From NCBI GenBank assembly GCA_004321885.1, contig SCQK01000014.1, forward strand, positions 75,646-139,645: DNA of 64,000 nt. Direction: 5' to 3'. The position numbers and the translations under genes are program-made. How positions within the stretch are numbered: the first letter of the stretch is position 1; each line of letters opens with the position of its first letter. Shown in pieces: positions 46,488-54,138 of this stretch. The stretch is from Patescibacteria group bacterium. GTDB lineage: Bacteria; Patescibacteriota; Patescibacteriia; Magasanikbacterales; GWA2-37-8. The notes under the pieces were generated by a model, which was not told the origin of the DNA, searched no databases, and was given only the letters and a program-made list of their open reading frames with translations.

Positions 46488-46508
46488 GCGTGCGCCCTCC
46501 TCCCCCTT

Positions 46509-47063
46509 TTAGAGCCTGTCCCGAACTTGTTTCGGGAGGGAGGATAGAGGAGGGAGTATGTGTATTTTTCTCTTGTTCCCTCCCGCGTATTCAATTCTGA
46601 CGGTTATTATTTTCGGCCCTTGGCCGATATTTTTCAAAAGCTCTTTTATTTTCTCCGGCCACTCAATCGCGCAAATCGTATCCGGCCTGCCCAAATAATC
46701 CAGCGCGCCGATTTCCACAAGTTCGTGCTCATTTTTTAGCCGGTAGGTATCTATATGGACGAATTTTTGTGTCCCCCTGCCCCCACACCAAAATTTTTGG
46801 TGTGGGGGCCTGCCCGAGGGGGACTTTGAGGGGGGTGGGAGCAAGTACACATTCATCAACGCGAACGTCGGACTGGTAATTTTTTCTTTGACGCCCAAGC
46901 CGGCGGCAATGCCTTTCACCAATGCAGTTTTGCCCGCGCCCAGTTCGCCGTAAAGCAATAAAATATCGCCGCCGCGCAATTTTCGCGCCAAAGCCGCGCC
47001 AAACGCAAATGTTTCTTTTTCGTTTTTCGTGATAATTTTTTGATTGTTTTGACGGGTTGACAT
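46509..47063 (-). CDS. tsaE: tRNA threonylcarbamoyladenosine biosynthesis protein TsaE with a 23 aa in-frame palindromic insertion
   Basis: LLYGELGAGKTALVKGIAAGLG...SPTFALMNVY...HIDTYRL. Start at MSTRQNN; the ORF extends upstream to 47138. The insert LLPPPSKSPSGRPPHQKFWCGGRGTQ lies between the two conserved blocks. Confidence 0.7.
   Translation of the reverse strand: MSTRQNNQKIITKNEKETFAFGAALARKLRGGDILLLYGELGAGKTALVKGIAAGLGVKEKITSPTFALMNVYLLPPPSKSPSGRPPHQKFWCGGRGTQKFVHIDTYRLKNEHELVEIGALDYLGRPDTICAIEWPEKIKELLKNIGQGPKIITVRIEYAGGNKRKIHILPPLSSLPKQVRDRL
46771..46843. repeat. composite palindromic insert: outer GTCCCCCTG...CGAGGGGGAC, enclosing CCCCCACACCAAAATTTTTGGTGTGGGGG, plus a GAGGGGGGTGGGAGC tail
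   Basis: The inner palindrome equals the two 14 bp inverted repeats of the tRNA-Gly-carrying element joined head to head. The outer part matches the grpE insert at 53838-53888. Confidence 0.7.
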
Positions 47064-47270
47064 AGAAAAGCGATTACCTGTAATATATAGATGGTGGGCG
47101 CGGAGCGGCGGAAAAAATGTTCTACAACTTTTTTTCATAGGTTCGCCAATATCTGTTTGGCCCTTGGGTCAAACGTGCGGCTTACCACCTACTATCACGG
47201 GACACGTGACGCCGCTTGCGCGCTTAACCCTTTTTTGATTTTACAGTAAAACTGAAAAAAAGCAACGGGT

Positions 47271-47337
47271 TATACTGCGTATAGCCCGTTCTCGCTCGGA
47301 AACGCAAAATTAAAATTTTGCGTTTCGCTCGCTCGAA
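47271..47337. repeat. two palindromes upstream of tRNA-Pro: AACGGGTTATACTGCGTATAGCCCGTT (a near inverted copy of the tRNA 5' end) and GAAACGCAAAATTAAAATTTTGCGTTTC flanked by CTCGCTCG direct repeats
   Basis: Read directly. Confidence 0.55.
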
Positions 47338-47410
47338 CGGGCTATAGCGAAGTTGGTATCGCGCATGCATGGGGTGCATGAGACCGTGGGTTCAAGTCCC
47401 ACTAGCCCGA
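47338..47410 (+). tRNA. tRNA-Pro(GGG)
   Basis: CGGGCTA-TA-GCGAAGTTGGTATCGC-G-CATGC-ATGGGGT-GCATG-AGACC-GTGGGTTCAAGTCCCAC-TAGCCCG-A. Confidence 0.8.
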
Positions 47411-47417
47411 CTAACAC

Positions 47418-47448
47418 AAACTACTCCGCCCGGGCGGAGTAGTTTTTT
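47418..47448 (+). terminator. intrinsic terminator AAACTACTCCGCCC-GGGCGGAGTAGTTTTTT
   Basis: Read directly after tRNA-Pro. Confidence 0.7.
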
Positions 47449-47452
47449 GCTA

Positions 47453-47487
47453 CTGGATTCCGGTCGCCTGCGACGACCGGAATGACA
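47453..47487. repeat. family-B element (inverted) ctggattccggtcgcctgcgacgaccggaatgaca
   Basis: Same core as the element at 30058-30092. Confidence 0.7.
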
Positions 47488-47491
47488 ATTT

Positions 47492-48022
47492 TTACTCAAT
47501 GCAACAGTCAATCGCTTTTTTGACCAGCGTGCGCAAACGGCCCATCAGCCCGGCCTTTTCCTCGTCGTGCCGGTTGAGAGCGTTGTCGTCTATCTTTTTA
47601 ATGTCGTCGGTTTTTATCAATTTCATGTTCACGCCCCAAAACAGCGAATACAAATCATAAGCCTTTTGAAACAAATCGCGCGCCTCGTCTTTTTTGCCCA
47701 TGCCCATTTGCTTGGCGCCCACTTCCATCAGGCGCATGCTGGCGGCCAGCAAATGTTTGGAAATGCACCAGACTTCGCCTTCGTATTCTTTTATAATTTT
47801 TCGCAAAAGTTCTCCCCTTATCTGCCGCACTTCTTGAAGCAAATCATAATATTCGGGCTTGCCGGTTTTGGCGCCGGTAAAGAAAAAATGCTCTTCAATG
47901 CTAATCAGGTTCATGATGGCGATGGACAAATCCTGGTCCGAAGACAAATCCAGCTTGTCCTGTTTTTTCATGCCGTCAACTTTTTTGACGAGCTCGTCCA
48001 AATTTTGAATGGGATTGTCCAT
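47492..48022 (-). CDS. hypothetical protein
   Basis: 176 aa helical ORF with no recognised motif. Confidence 0.4.
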   Translation of the reverse strand: MDNPIQNLDELVKKVDGMKKQDKLDLSSDQDLSIAIMNLISIEEHFFFTGAKTGKPEYYDLLQEVRQIRGELLRKIIKEYEGEVWCISKHLLAASMRLMEVGAKQMGMGKKDEARDLFQKAYDLYSLFWGVNMKLIKTDDIKKIDDNALNRHDEEKAGLMGRLRTLVKKAIDCCIE

Positions 48023-48025
48023 AAT

Positions 48026-48532
48026 TTAACGTGTTATAAAATAAAACAGCGCGCTGAGGGCGACCAGCGGCCCCACGGACAGCGCTATTTTTTCAAAGGG
48101 AAAATGCGCGTGCCCGTTGTTTTTAGTTTTGAGATAAAAATATAAATTGGCGCCGGCGTAAAATACCACACTGCCGATGATGATGCCGAGCAGTAGTTTG
48201 TCCATGCCCCACAGGGTATTGTATGGATGTCCTATGACATTCATCCAGAACAGGGGAACAATGGTGAGGCCATAATAAACAATCGCGAAAACAATGCCGC
48301 TTAATTTGAAGTTTTTGCCTTTTTTGATAAGCCAGTTTTTTGTCCACATTGTCAGCGCGGCCAGCAGGCCGCCCACCCACAAGCCGGTAATGGCATCATC
48401 CACGCCCAGCCAGCGCGACAGCCCCACGCCCGCCCCCACGGCCACGGCGCAGACAGGGCACACTGCTTTGGCCGGAGCCGCGGCGGCAAGAATGACGAGG
48501 ATACTAATTAGCGACGTTTTTTTGTTTAACAT
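48026..48532 (-). CDS. membrane protein with CPVC motif (possible thiol-disulfide exchange partner, VKOR/DsbB-like)
   Basis: 4-5 TM helices with CxxC (KAVCPVCAVAVG) at a TM boundary. Adjacent to a thioredoxin-fold gene. Confidence 0.35.
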   Translation of the reverse strand: MLNKKTSLISILVILAAAAPAKAVCPVCAVAVGAGVGLSRWLGVDDAITGLWVGGLLAALTMWTKNWLIKKGKNFKLSGIVFAIVYYGLTIVPLFWMNVIGHPYNTLWGMDKLLLGIIIGSVVFYAGANLYFYLKTKNNGHAHFPFEKIALSVGPLVALSALFYFITR

Positions 48533-48875
48533 ACTGAAATAAATAATCTCTCACCTGGTCTTCTCCGACGTGGCAAGAAGCGCCGTCTGACAAAAACGGC
48601 ACCCCCACCTGCCCGCCCGGCAGACCGCATTTTTTGGCGGCCCTGGCCATGTCCAGGGCATTGCCCTGGTCGTGATAAACTTCTTTGCGGTTGATGGTTA
48701 TTTTTTCGTCCAGCTTGTTGCTTTGAATGAAAGCGTCTATGTTGGCGCAGTGCGGGCATTCGCGACCGTAATATAAAACAATCTCTCCGGCCGCGGCTGG
48801 TTTTTCGCGGAAAAGAAAAATTACGCCGGCGATGGCCGCGAGAGAAATGATGACAAGCAGGGTTGTTTTTTTCAT
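48504..48875 (-). CDS. membrane-anchored thioredoxin-fold protein (CPHC active site)
   Basis: Start at MKKTTLLVIISLAAIAG, then IVLYYGRECPHCANIDAF. The upstream ORF extension is R/Q-rich and was rejected. Confidence 0.55.
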   Translation of the reverse strand: MKKTTLLVIISLAAIAGVIFLFREKPAAAGEIVLYYGRECPHCANIDAFIQSNKLDEKITINRKEVYHDQGNALDMARAAKKCGLPGGQVGVPFLSDGASCHVGEDQVRDYLFQYVKQKNVAN

Positions 48876-48883
48876 GTTAATCC

Positions 48884-49060
48884 TTAGGCCGCCTTTTTGG
48901 CCAGAGTGCGCCGGCAGGTGGAGCAGACGCGCGCGGAAACGCCGTCCAGCTTTATCATCTGCAAGTTCGGCTTTTGGCGCCGCGGCGTTTTGATGTTGGA
49001 GTGGCTGACGCTGTTGGCGCGGGCCGCTTTTTTTCCGCACAAGTCGCAGGTTCGGGACAT
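48884..49060 (-). CDS. rpmB: 50S ribosomal protein L28
   Basis: MSRTCDLCGKKAARANSVSHSNIKTPRRQKPNLQ...RVCSTCRR. Confidence 0.85.
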   Translation of the reverse strand: MSRTCDLCGKKAARANSVSHSNIKTPRRQKPNLQMIKLDGVSARVCSTCRRTLAKKAA

Positions 49061-49145
49061 AGTGAGCAAATTATACTAAACTTGGCATTTACTGTCAAGT
49101 ATGGTATTATGAAGACAATTCATTTTTTTCATATTTTGCGTTTGT

Positions 49146-50393
49146 ATGCCGTCAAAAATTCAAAAAGAAGGGCCGTTTGAAGGGGCGCTGAAACAACTGG
49201 AAAAAACGCGCAAGCTCATCAGCCTGGAAGAAAATATTTACGCTCAGCTCAAAGCGCCGAAGCGGTTTTTGCAAGTGTCCATTCCGGTGCGCATGGACAA
49301 TGGCTCGGTGCGGGTCTTTACCGGCTATCGTTCGCAGTATAACGACAGCCGCGGGCCGTACAAGGGCGGTATTCGTTTTCATCCGGATGTGAACGAAAGT
49401 GAAGTCAAGGCCTTGAGTATGTGGATGACTTGGAAGTGCGCCGTGGTCGGCATTCCTTTGGGCGGCGGCAAGGGCGGGGTGATTGTCAATCCCCGCGAGC
49501 TGTCGGTCGGCGAGCTGGAGCGCCTGTCGCGCGGCTATATTCAGGCCGTGTTTGCGTTTTTGGGTCCGCAACTGGATGTGCCGGCCCCGGATGTTTACAC
49601 TGACCCGAAAATCATGGGCTGGATGCTGGATGAATACGAAAAATTGCTGGGTCATCACGCGCCCGGAGTAATTACCGGCAAGCCCCTTTCTATCGGCGGT
49701 TCAGCGGCGCGCGGCTACAGCACGGCCCAGGGCGGGGTTTATGTTTTAAGCAATGCCGCGGCCAAATTAAAATTAAGCAAAGACGCCAAGGTGGCTATCC
49801 AGGGTTTTGGCAACGCCGGTTCCAATATGGCTGATTTGCTGGCCAAAAAAGGATACAAAATTGTGGCTGTGAGCGATTCCAAGGGCGCTATTTACAAGGC
49901 CAAGGGATTGGACGTGGCGGCTTTAGCGGCGCACAAACAAAAAACCGGCGGGGTGGCCAATTTTGCCGGTGCGCAAAAATTGGAAGACATCATCGGCTGT
50001 GATTGCGATATTTTGGTTTTGGCGGCTTTGGAAAATTCCGTCACTTTGGAAAATGCGAAAAGCATCAAAGCGAAATTGGTGTTTGAGCTGGCCAATGGGC
50101 CGGTTTCGCCCGGGGCCGATGAGGTTTTGGCAGGCGACGGAGTTTCGATAATACCGGATATTTTGGCCAACGCCGGCGGAGTGGCCGTGAGCTATTTTGA
50201 ACAGGCGCAAAATGCGAGCAATTATTATTGGACCGAAGCAGAGGTTTTGCAAAAACTGGAAAAGCTGATGAACGATGCTTTTGACGCGGTATGGGAAAGA
50301 AAAGAAAAATATAAAACGACCTTGCGCCTGGGCGCGCATATTTTGGCCGTGGAGCGCGTGGCCCAGGCGATGAGGGATAGGGGATTGAATTAA
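49146..50393 (+). CDS. gdhA: NAD(P)-specific glutamate dehydrogenase
   Basis: YKGGIRFHPDVNESEVKALSMWMTWKCAVVGIPLGGGKGG and the dinucleotide-binding GFGNAGS. Confidence 0.9.
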   Translation: MPSKIQKEGPFEGALKQLEKTRKLISLEENIYAQLKAPKRFLQVSIPVRMDNGSVRVFTGYRSQYNDSRGPYKGGIRFHPDVNESEVKALSMWMTWKCAVVGIPLGGGKGGVIVNPRELSVGELERLSRGYIQAVFAFLGPQLDVPAPDVYTDPKIMGWMLDEYEKLLGHHAPGVITGKPLSIGGSAARGYSTAQGGVYVLSNAAAKLKLSKDAKVAIQGFGNAGSNMADLLAKKGYKIVAVSDSKGAIYKAKGLDVAALAAHKQKTGGVANFAGAQKLEDIIGCDCDILVLAALENSVTLENAKSIKAKLVFELANGPVSPGADEVLAGDGVSIIPDILANAGGVAVSYFEQAQNASNYYWTEAEVLQKLEKLMNDAFDAVWERKEKYKTTLRLGAHILAVERVAQAMRDRGLN

Positions 50394-50514
50394 AATGACC
50401 AATTTCAAATTACAAATGTCAAATTAATGTCAAAATTACAATGTCCAATTTGATATTAAAATTAGTCATTGGACATTGATTGGAAATTGGAAATTTGGAT
50501 TTTGAAATTTTCGT

Positions 50515-51210
50515 ATGCTGTCTTACATCTGGTTCACTTTCCTGTATCAGCCGCTGTTTAATGCCTTGGTTTGGCTTTACGTAAACGTGGCGCATCAAAA
50601 TTTGGGCTGGGCTGTGGTTTGGCTGACAATTTTTTTGCGCGTTCTGCTTTTGCCGTTCACAATAATTTCTTACCGCGACGTTGGGCGCCAGGAAAAAGCC
50701 CAGCTGGAGGCCTTAAAAGCGGCGCGGGCGTACCAGGGCGATTTAGTGGCGCAGAAAGAAATTATCCGCGATATCATGAGGAAAAACCGCATTTCGCCCT
50801 GGGCCAAGGTTTTGACTTTGGGCGTTCAGCTTTTGGTTTTGGTCCTGCTCTATCAGGTTTTCGTGCGCGGCATTACCGGCGAGAAGGTCATTAAAATTCT
50901 TTACCCGAGCATTGATTTTCCGGGCAAAATCAACACTGAATTTTACGGTTTTGACATCGGCGCTAGGCATGATTTTATCTGGGCCGGCGCGGCCGCGCTC
51001 TATTTGTTTATTTCCATAATGTTCGCCAGCCGGCATCGCAAGCATTGGGACGGCGCTTCGGCCGTCTATGTGGTGCTTTTTCCGCTGGCCACTTTTTTCG
51101 CGCTTTGGCTTTTGCCTATGGTTAAATCGCTCTTCATTTTGACAACCATGATTTTTTCTGATACAATATCCGTGTTAAAAGCGCTTTTATTCCCCGCTAA
51201 AAAAACCTAG
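50515..51210 (+). CDS. yidC: membrane protein insertase YidC (short form)
   Basis: GWAVVWLTIFLRVLLLPFTI...ISPWAKVLTLGVQLLVLVLLYQVF is the YidC/Oxa1 core. Confidence 0.65.
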   Translation: MLSYIWFTFLYQPLFNALVWLYVNVAHQNLGWAVVWLTIFLRVLLLPFTIISYRDVGRQEKAQLEALKAARAYQGDLVAQKEIIRDIMRKNRISPWAKVLTLGVQLLVLVLLYQVFVRGITGEKVIKILYPSIDFPGKINTEFYGFDIGARHDFIWAGAAALYLFISIMFASRHRKHWDGASAVYVVLFPLATFFALWLLPMVKSLFILTTMIFSDTISVLKALLFPAKKT

Positions 51211-51216
51211 TATAAT

Positions 51217-51244
51217 TGTCATTCCCGCGAAAGCGGGAATCCAG
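51217..51244. repeat. family-B element tgtcattcccgcgaaagcgggaatccag, directly after a TATAAT at 51211-51216 and 6 nt before the ATG at 51250
   Basis: Read directly. Confidence 0.7.
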
Positions 51245-51249
51245 CAAAT

Positions 51250-51822
51250 ATGTCCGCCGACTCATTGGACAAACTGATGTATTCGTTCGTGATGGAGGAT
51301 GTTTTGAAAGGCATTTTTATCACAGTGCCGCCCGGGTATGTGGCGTGCGTTTACGATTACGGCCGGGGAGTGCTGAAAAAAGTTTTGACTCCGGGTTTGC
51401 ATTTGAAAATTCCGTTTTGGCAGAAGGCCAAATTGTTTAACACACAGACCTTGGAATACAGCATTTCGCGCAACTTTAATCCCGAGCACGAAAAGTCTTT
51501 GGGCGATATTCCCATCGCGGCCGTAACCAAAGACAGCCAGCGCGTGGGCGTGGAAGGCACAATTTTACTTCGCCTGGACGTGCACCAGATTCCCAGCATT
51601 TGGCAGACCATTGGCGAGGATTTTGTGGTCAAGATAGTGCGGCCCAGCATACGTAGCCGCATCCGCATGGTCTTTTCGCACTATGATTTTCAGGAAATTA
51701 TCACGGTGAAGCGCGACGCCGTGGAAATGGAACTAAAAAACGAGCTTGAGCGCATCTTTTACGCGCGCGGCATTTACGTGGAGAATGTATTGCTCTCCGA
51801 GATTTCACAGATAAGGCAGTAA
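51250..51822 (+). CDS. SPFH/band-7 (prohibitin/HflC-like) domain protein
   Basis: The region YVACVYDYGRGVLKKVLTPGLHLKIPFWQKAKLFNTQTLEY...VEGTILLRLD matches the SPFH fold pattern. Confidence 0.65.
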   Translation: MSADSLDKLMYSFVMEDVLKGIFITVPPGYVACVYDYGRGVLKKVLTPGLHLKIPFWQKAKLFNTQTLEYSISRNFNPEHEKSLGDIPIAAVTKDSQRVGVEGTILLRLDVHQIPSIWQTIGEDFVVKIVRPSIRSRIRMVFSHYDFQEIITVKRDAVEMELKNELERIFYARGIYVENVLLSEISQIRQ

Positions 51823-51863
51823 TGTCATTCTGGCTCGGGAGCCAGAATCCATCATTCAATTCA

Positions 51864-51892
51864 AACCGGCAGTATCACTGCCGGTTTTTATT
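51864..51892 (+). terminator. intrinsic terminator AAACCGGCAGT-atca-CTGCCGGTTTTT
   Basis: Read directly. It is preceded by a family-B-like element at 51824-51852. Confidence 0.7.
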
Positions 51893-51957
51893 ATTGACTT
51901 TTTTATGTTAGTGGTATATTATAATGGGTCTTTTCGGATTCACGTCCGAGGGATAGT

Positions 51958-52452
51958 TTGAAAACCAGCCGCTTGCAAGCGGCACAACGATGGAGGGAAA
52001 TCATGATCGCTCTTTTTATCGTGCTGACGCTCTGTGCCTTGGCAGGCAAGGTGTACCTCACCTTCTTCAAAGAGGAGGAATGGTGGGGGAATGTTTGTCT
52101 GTTATTCGGGCTGGTCTTTAGTGTGGTCATCGCGACGTTTCTGGCGTATAATGACCAGAAACGTGACTGGGAGAAAAAAGTGGCAAATGCTAAAACTGTT
52201 ACAGGAATCGTGCAAAGAGTGTCGGTGGAGGTTGCTACTCCAAGTAACTTCGCCACCTTCTATATCTACTTGCGCGGCGACTCTAAGCTCTATCGTTTGT
52301 CGAGGAATATTTCCGACGAGCTGCCGTCCACACGTGAAGGCGACAGGGTGCGTGTGAAGTATGTGGAAGGAAAAGATGAGACGATCTACTTCGACAACCT
52401 CGATCTCTCTCCCACTCCACCGACCTCCACGGCCTGTCCGGAAAGGCAGTGA
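51958..52452 (+). CDS. hypothetical membrane protein (DUF3592-like)
   Basis: Two TM helices followed by a small beta-rich domain. The start may be the ATG at 52003. Confidence 0.4.
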   Translation: MKTSRLQAAQRWREIMIALFIVLTLCALAGKVYLTFFKEEEWWGNVCLLFGLVFSVVIATFLAYNDQKRDWEKKVANAKTVTGIVQRVSVEVATPSNFATFYIYLRGDSKLYRLSRNISDELPSTREGDRVRVKYVEGKDETIYFDNLDLSPTPPTSTACPERQ

Positions 52453-52700
52453 TAGAGATGACGAAGCTCAGGCGGTGCATGTTGTTGGCGGTTGAGATCG
52501 TGTTCTGGACGGTTGGTTCGTTGGTTTACGTTGCGGTTGTGCTGTTTCTGGCGCCGCCGTTGCCGGTAATCACCGCTACTCTCGGCGTGTTTGGCGCCCT
52601 GCTGTCGCCGTTGGGAGGGGTCGCCTTCGGAACGGCGCTGGTTCTGGGCGCTAACAAACTTGAAGAAAGGAGGCGGAAATCAAGGCGGTTCTTTGTGTGA
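52449..52700 (+). CDS. hypothetical small 2-TM protein
   Basis: 83 aa with ATGA overlap onto the previous gene. Confidence 0.3.
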   Translation: MIEMTKLRRCMLLAVEIVFWTVGSLVYVAVVLFLAPPLPVITATLGVFGALLSPLGGVAFGTALVLGANKLEERRRKSRRFFV

Positions 52701-52820
52701 TTTTTCAGGAGTGTTCCGGCGCGCTAGTAGCGAGGCGCTGGGCAGAGTGGGGAAAGGAGGAAATCTCGCTACCACTCAAAAGCAGCTTTTTACAAGGCTG
52801 TTTTTGTTTTTTCCATGCTC

Positions 52821-52873
52821 TTGACATTCCTTTCGCGCGTATGATATTATCACTCGTGTAGTGAGAGTGATAA
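52821..52873 (+). promoter_or_regulatory. hrcA promoter (TTGACA-18 bp-TATTAT) overlapped by a CIRCE-like operator TTATCACTC-N9-GAGTGATAA (52847-52873)
   Basis: Perfect 9 bp inverted repeat with a 9 nt spacer, one position off the canonical TTAGCACTC-N9-GAGTGCTAA. It lies directly upstream of hrcA-grpE-dnaK-dnaJ. Confidence 0.7.
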
Positions 52874-52879
52874 CGGACG

Positions 52880-52913
52880 CTGGATTCCCCCGTACTTAGT
52901 CGGGGGAATGACA
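52880..52913. repeat. family-B element (inverted) ctggattcccccgtacttagtcgggggaatgaca ending 12 nt before the hrcA ATG
   Basis: Read directly. Confidence 0.7.
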
Positions 52914-52925
52914 CTTGGATAAAGT

Positions 52926-53612
52926 ATGGATACTCGCAGACAAAAACTCCTTATTTTGGTGATAGAAAACTATATTGATTCAGCCGAGCCGGTTGGCTCC
53001 AAGTTTTTGGTGTCTGACGCGGATCTGGATTGGAGCGAAGCCACGGTGCGAAACGACCTGCGCGCCCTGGAAGAAGAGGGTTATCTGACCCACCCGCACA
53101 CTTCGGCCGGACGCGTGCCCACCGAGCGCGGCTACCGTTTTTATCTGAAAAATTTGGATTTGAACAAGGTCAAAATTTCCAAGCGCGACAACGATGTTTT
53201 GGGTATGAGCATGAAAGAAGCGCGCGACGTGGAACTGCGCTACAAAAATTTGGCCAGGTCGCTGGCCGAGCTTTCCGGCGAGACCGTGCTGTTTGCTGTC
53301 TCGCCCGAGAAAGTGTATTTTACCGGTCTTTCCAATTTATTCAGCAAGCCGGAGTTTCACGCCCTGGAGCTGATAGCCGACTTGTCGCAGATTTTGGATC
53401 ACTGCGACCGCTGTCTGGACCAGTTTTTTTCCGAAGAAGAAGTGGGCGGCGAACCTAAGTTTTTTTTGGGGCGTGAACATTCTTTCGGCGACATGCTTTC
53501 GGCGTTGGCTTTCAGTGGCGGTCCGGAGAGTTTGCTGGTGATGCTTGGCCCCATGCGCATGGATTACCGCCGCAATTACGCCTTGATGAATAAGATAAAA
53601 GAATTGTTATAA
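52926..53612 (+). CDS. hrcA: heat-inducible transcription repressor HrcA (short form)
   Basis: MDTRRQKLLILVIENYIDSAEPVGSKFLVS...ATVRNDLRALEEEGYLTHPHTSAGRVPTERGYRFY is the N-terminal winged helix. At 228 aa it is shorter than the typical 340 aa. Confidence 0.75.
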   Translation: MDTRRQKLLILVIENYIDSAEPVGSKFLVSDADLDWSEATVRNDLRALEEEGYLTHPHTSAGRVPTERGYRFYLKNLDLNKVKISKRDNDVLGMSMKEARDVELRYKNLARSLAELSGETVLFAVSPEKVYFTGLSNLFSKPEFHALELIADLSQILDHCDRCLDQFFSEEEVGGEPKFFLGREHSFGDMLSALAFSGGPESLLVMLGPMRMDYRRNYALMNKIKELL

Positions 53613-53614
53613 AT

Positions 53615-54121
53615 ATGGCTGAAGAAGAAAAAAAAGAGATAGAGGAAAAGGAAGAGGGAGCGCCTTGTGAAAAGTGTGAAGAGCACAAAGCCAATTGGAA
53701 GAGGGCGTTGGCCGATTACAAGAATTTGCAAAACGAGATCGCCCGATGCAAATCAGATTGGGCGAAAATGAGCGAGGCGCAGATTTTGCAGGAGTTTATT
53801 CCGGTGTATGATAATCTGAAACGGGGGCTGGCGGTTTCTCTCCCCCTGCTCGAGGGGGAGAAGCCCGAAGAACAGAGGGGGTGGGAGCAGTTGAAACAGG
53901 GGATAGAGTACGTGAAAAAGCAATTTGGAGAGGTCTTGAAAGCGCACGGAGTGGAGGAAATAAAAACCATCGGCGAACAGTTTGACCCGCGTTGGCACGA
54001 AGCCGTGGGCGAGGAAGAAGCCGATGGCGCCGAGGCGGGCGCGATTGTTCGCGAGGTGGATTCGGGATATAAAGTGGGCGACAGGGTCATAAAACCGGCG
54101 AAAGTAATCGTGGCGAAATAG
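53615..54121 (+). CDS. grpE: nucleotide exchange factor GrpE with in-frame palindromic insert
   Basis: WKRALADYKNLQNE...EFIPVYDNLKRGLAV...VLKAHGVEEI...VREVDSGYKVGDRVIKPAKV. The insert SLPLLEGEKPEEQRGWEQ is encoded by the palindrome at 53838-53888. Confidence 0.8.
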   Translation: MAEEEKKEIEEKEEGAPCEKCEEHKANWKRALADYKNLQNEIARCKSDWAKMSEAQILQEFIPVYDNLKRGLAVSLPLLEGEKPEEQRGWEQLKQGIEYVKKQFGEVLKAHGVEEIKTIGEQFDPRWHEAVGEEEADGAEAGAIVREVDSGYKVGDRVIKPAKVIVAK

Positions 54122-54138
54122 CACCTTAAAATTAGGTC

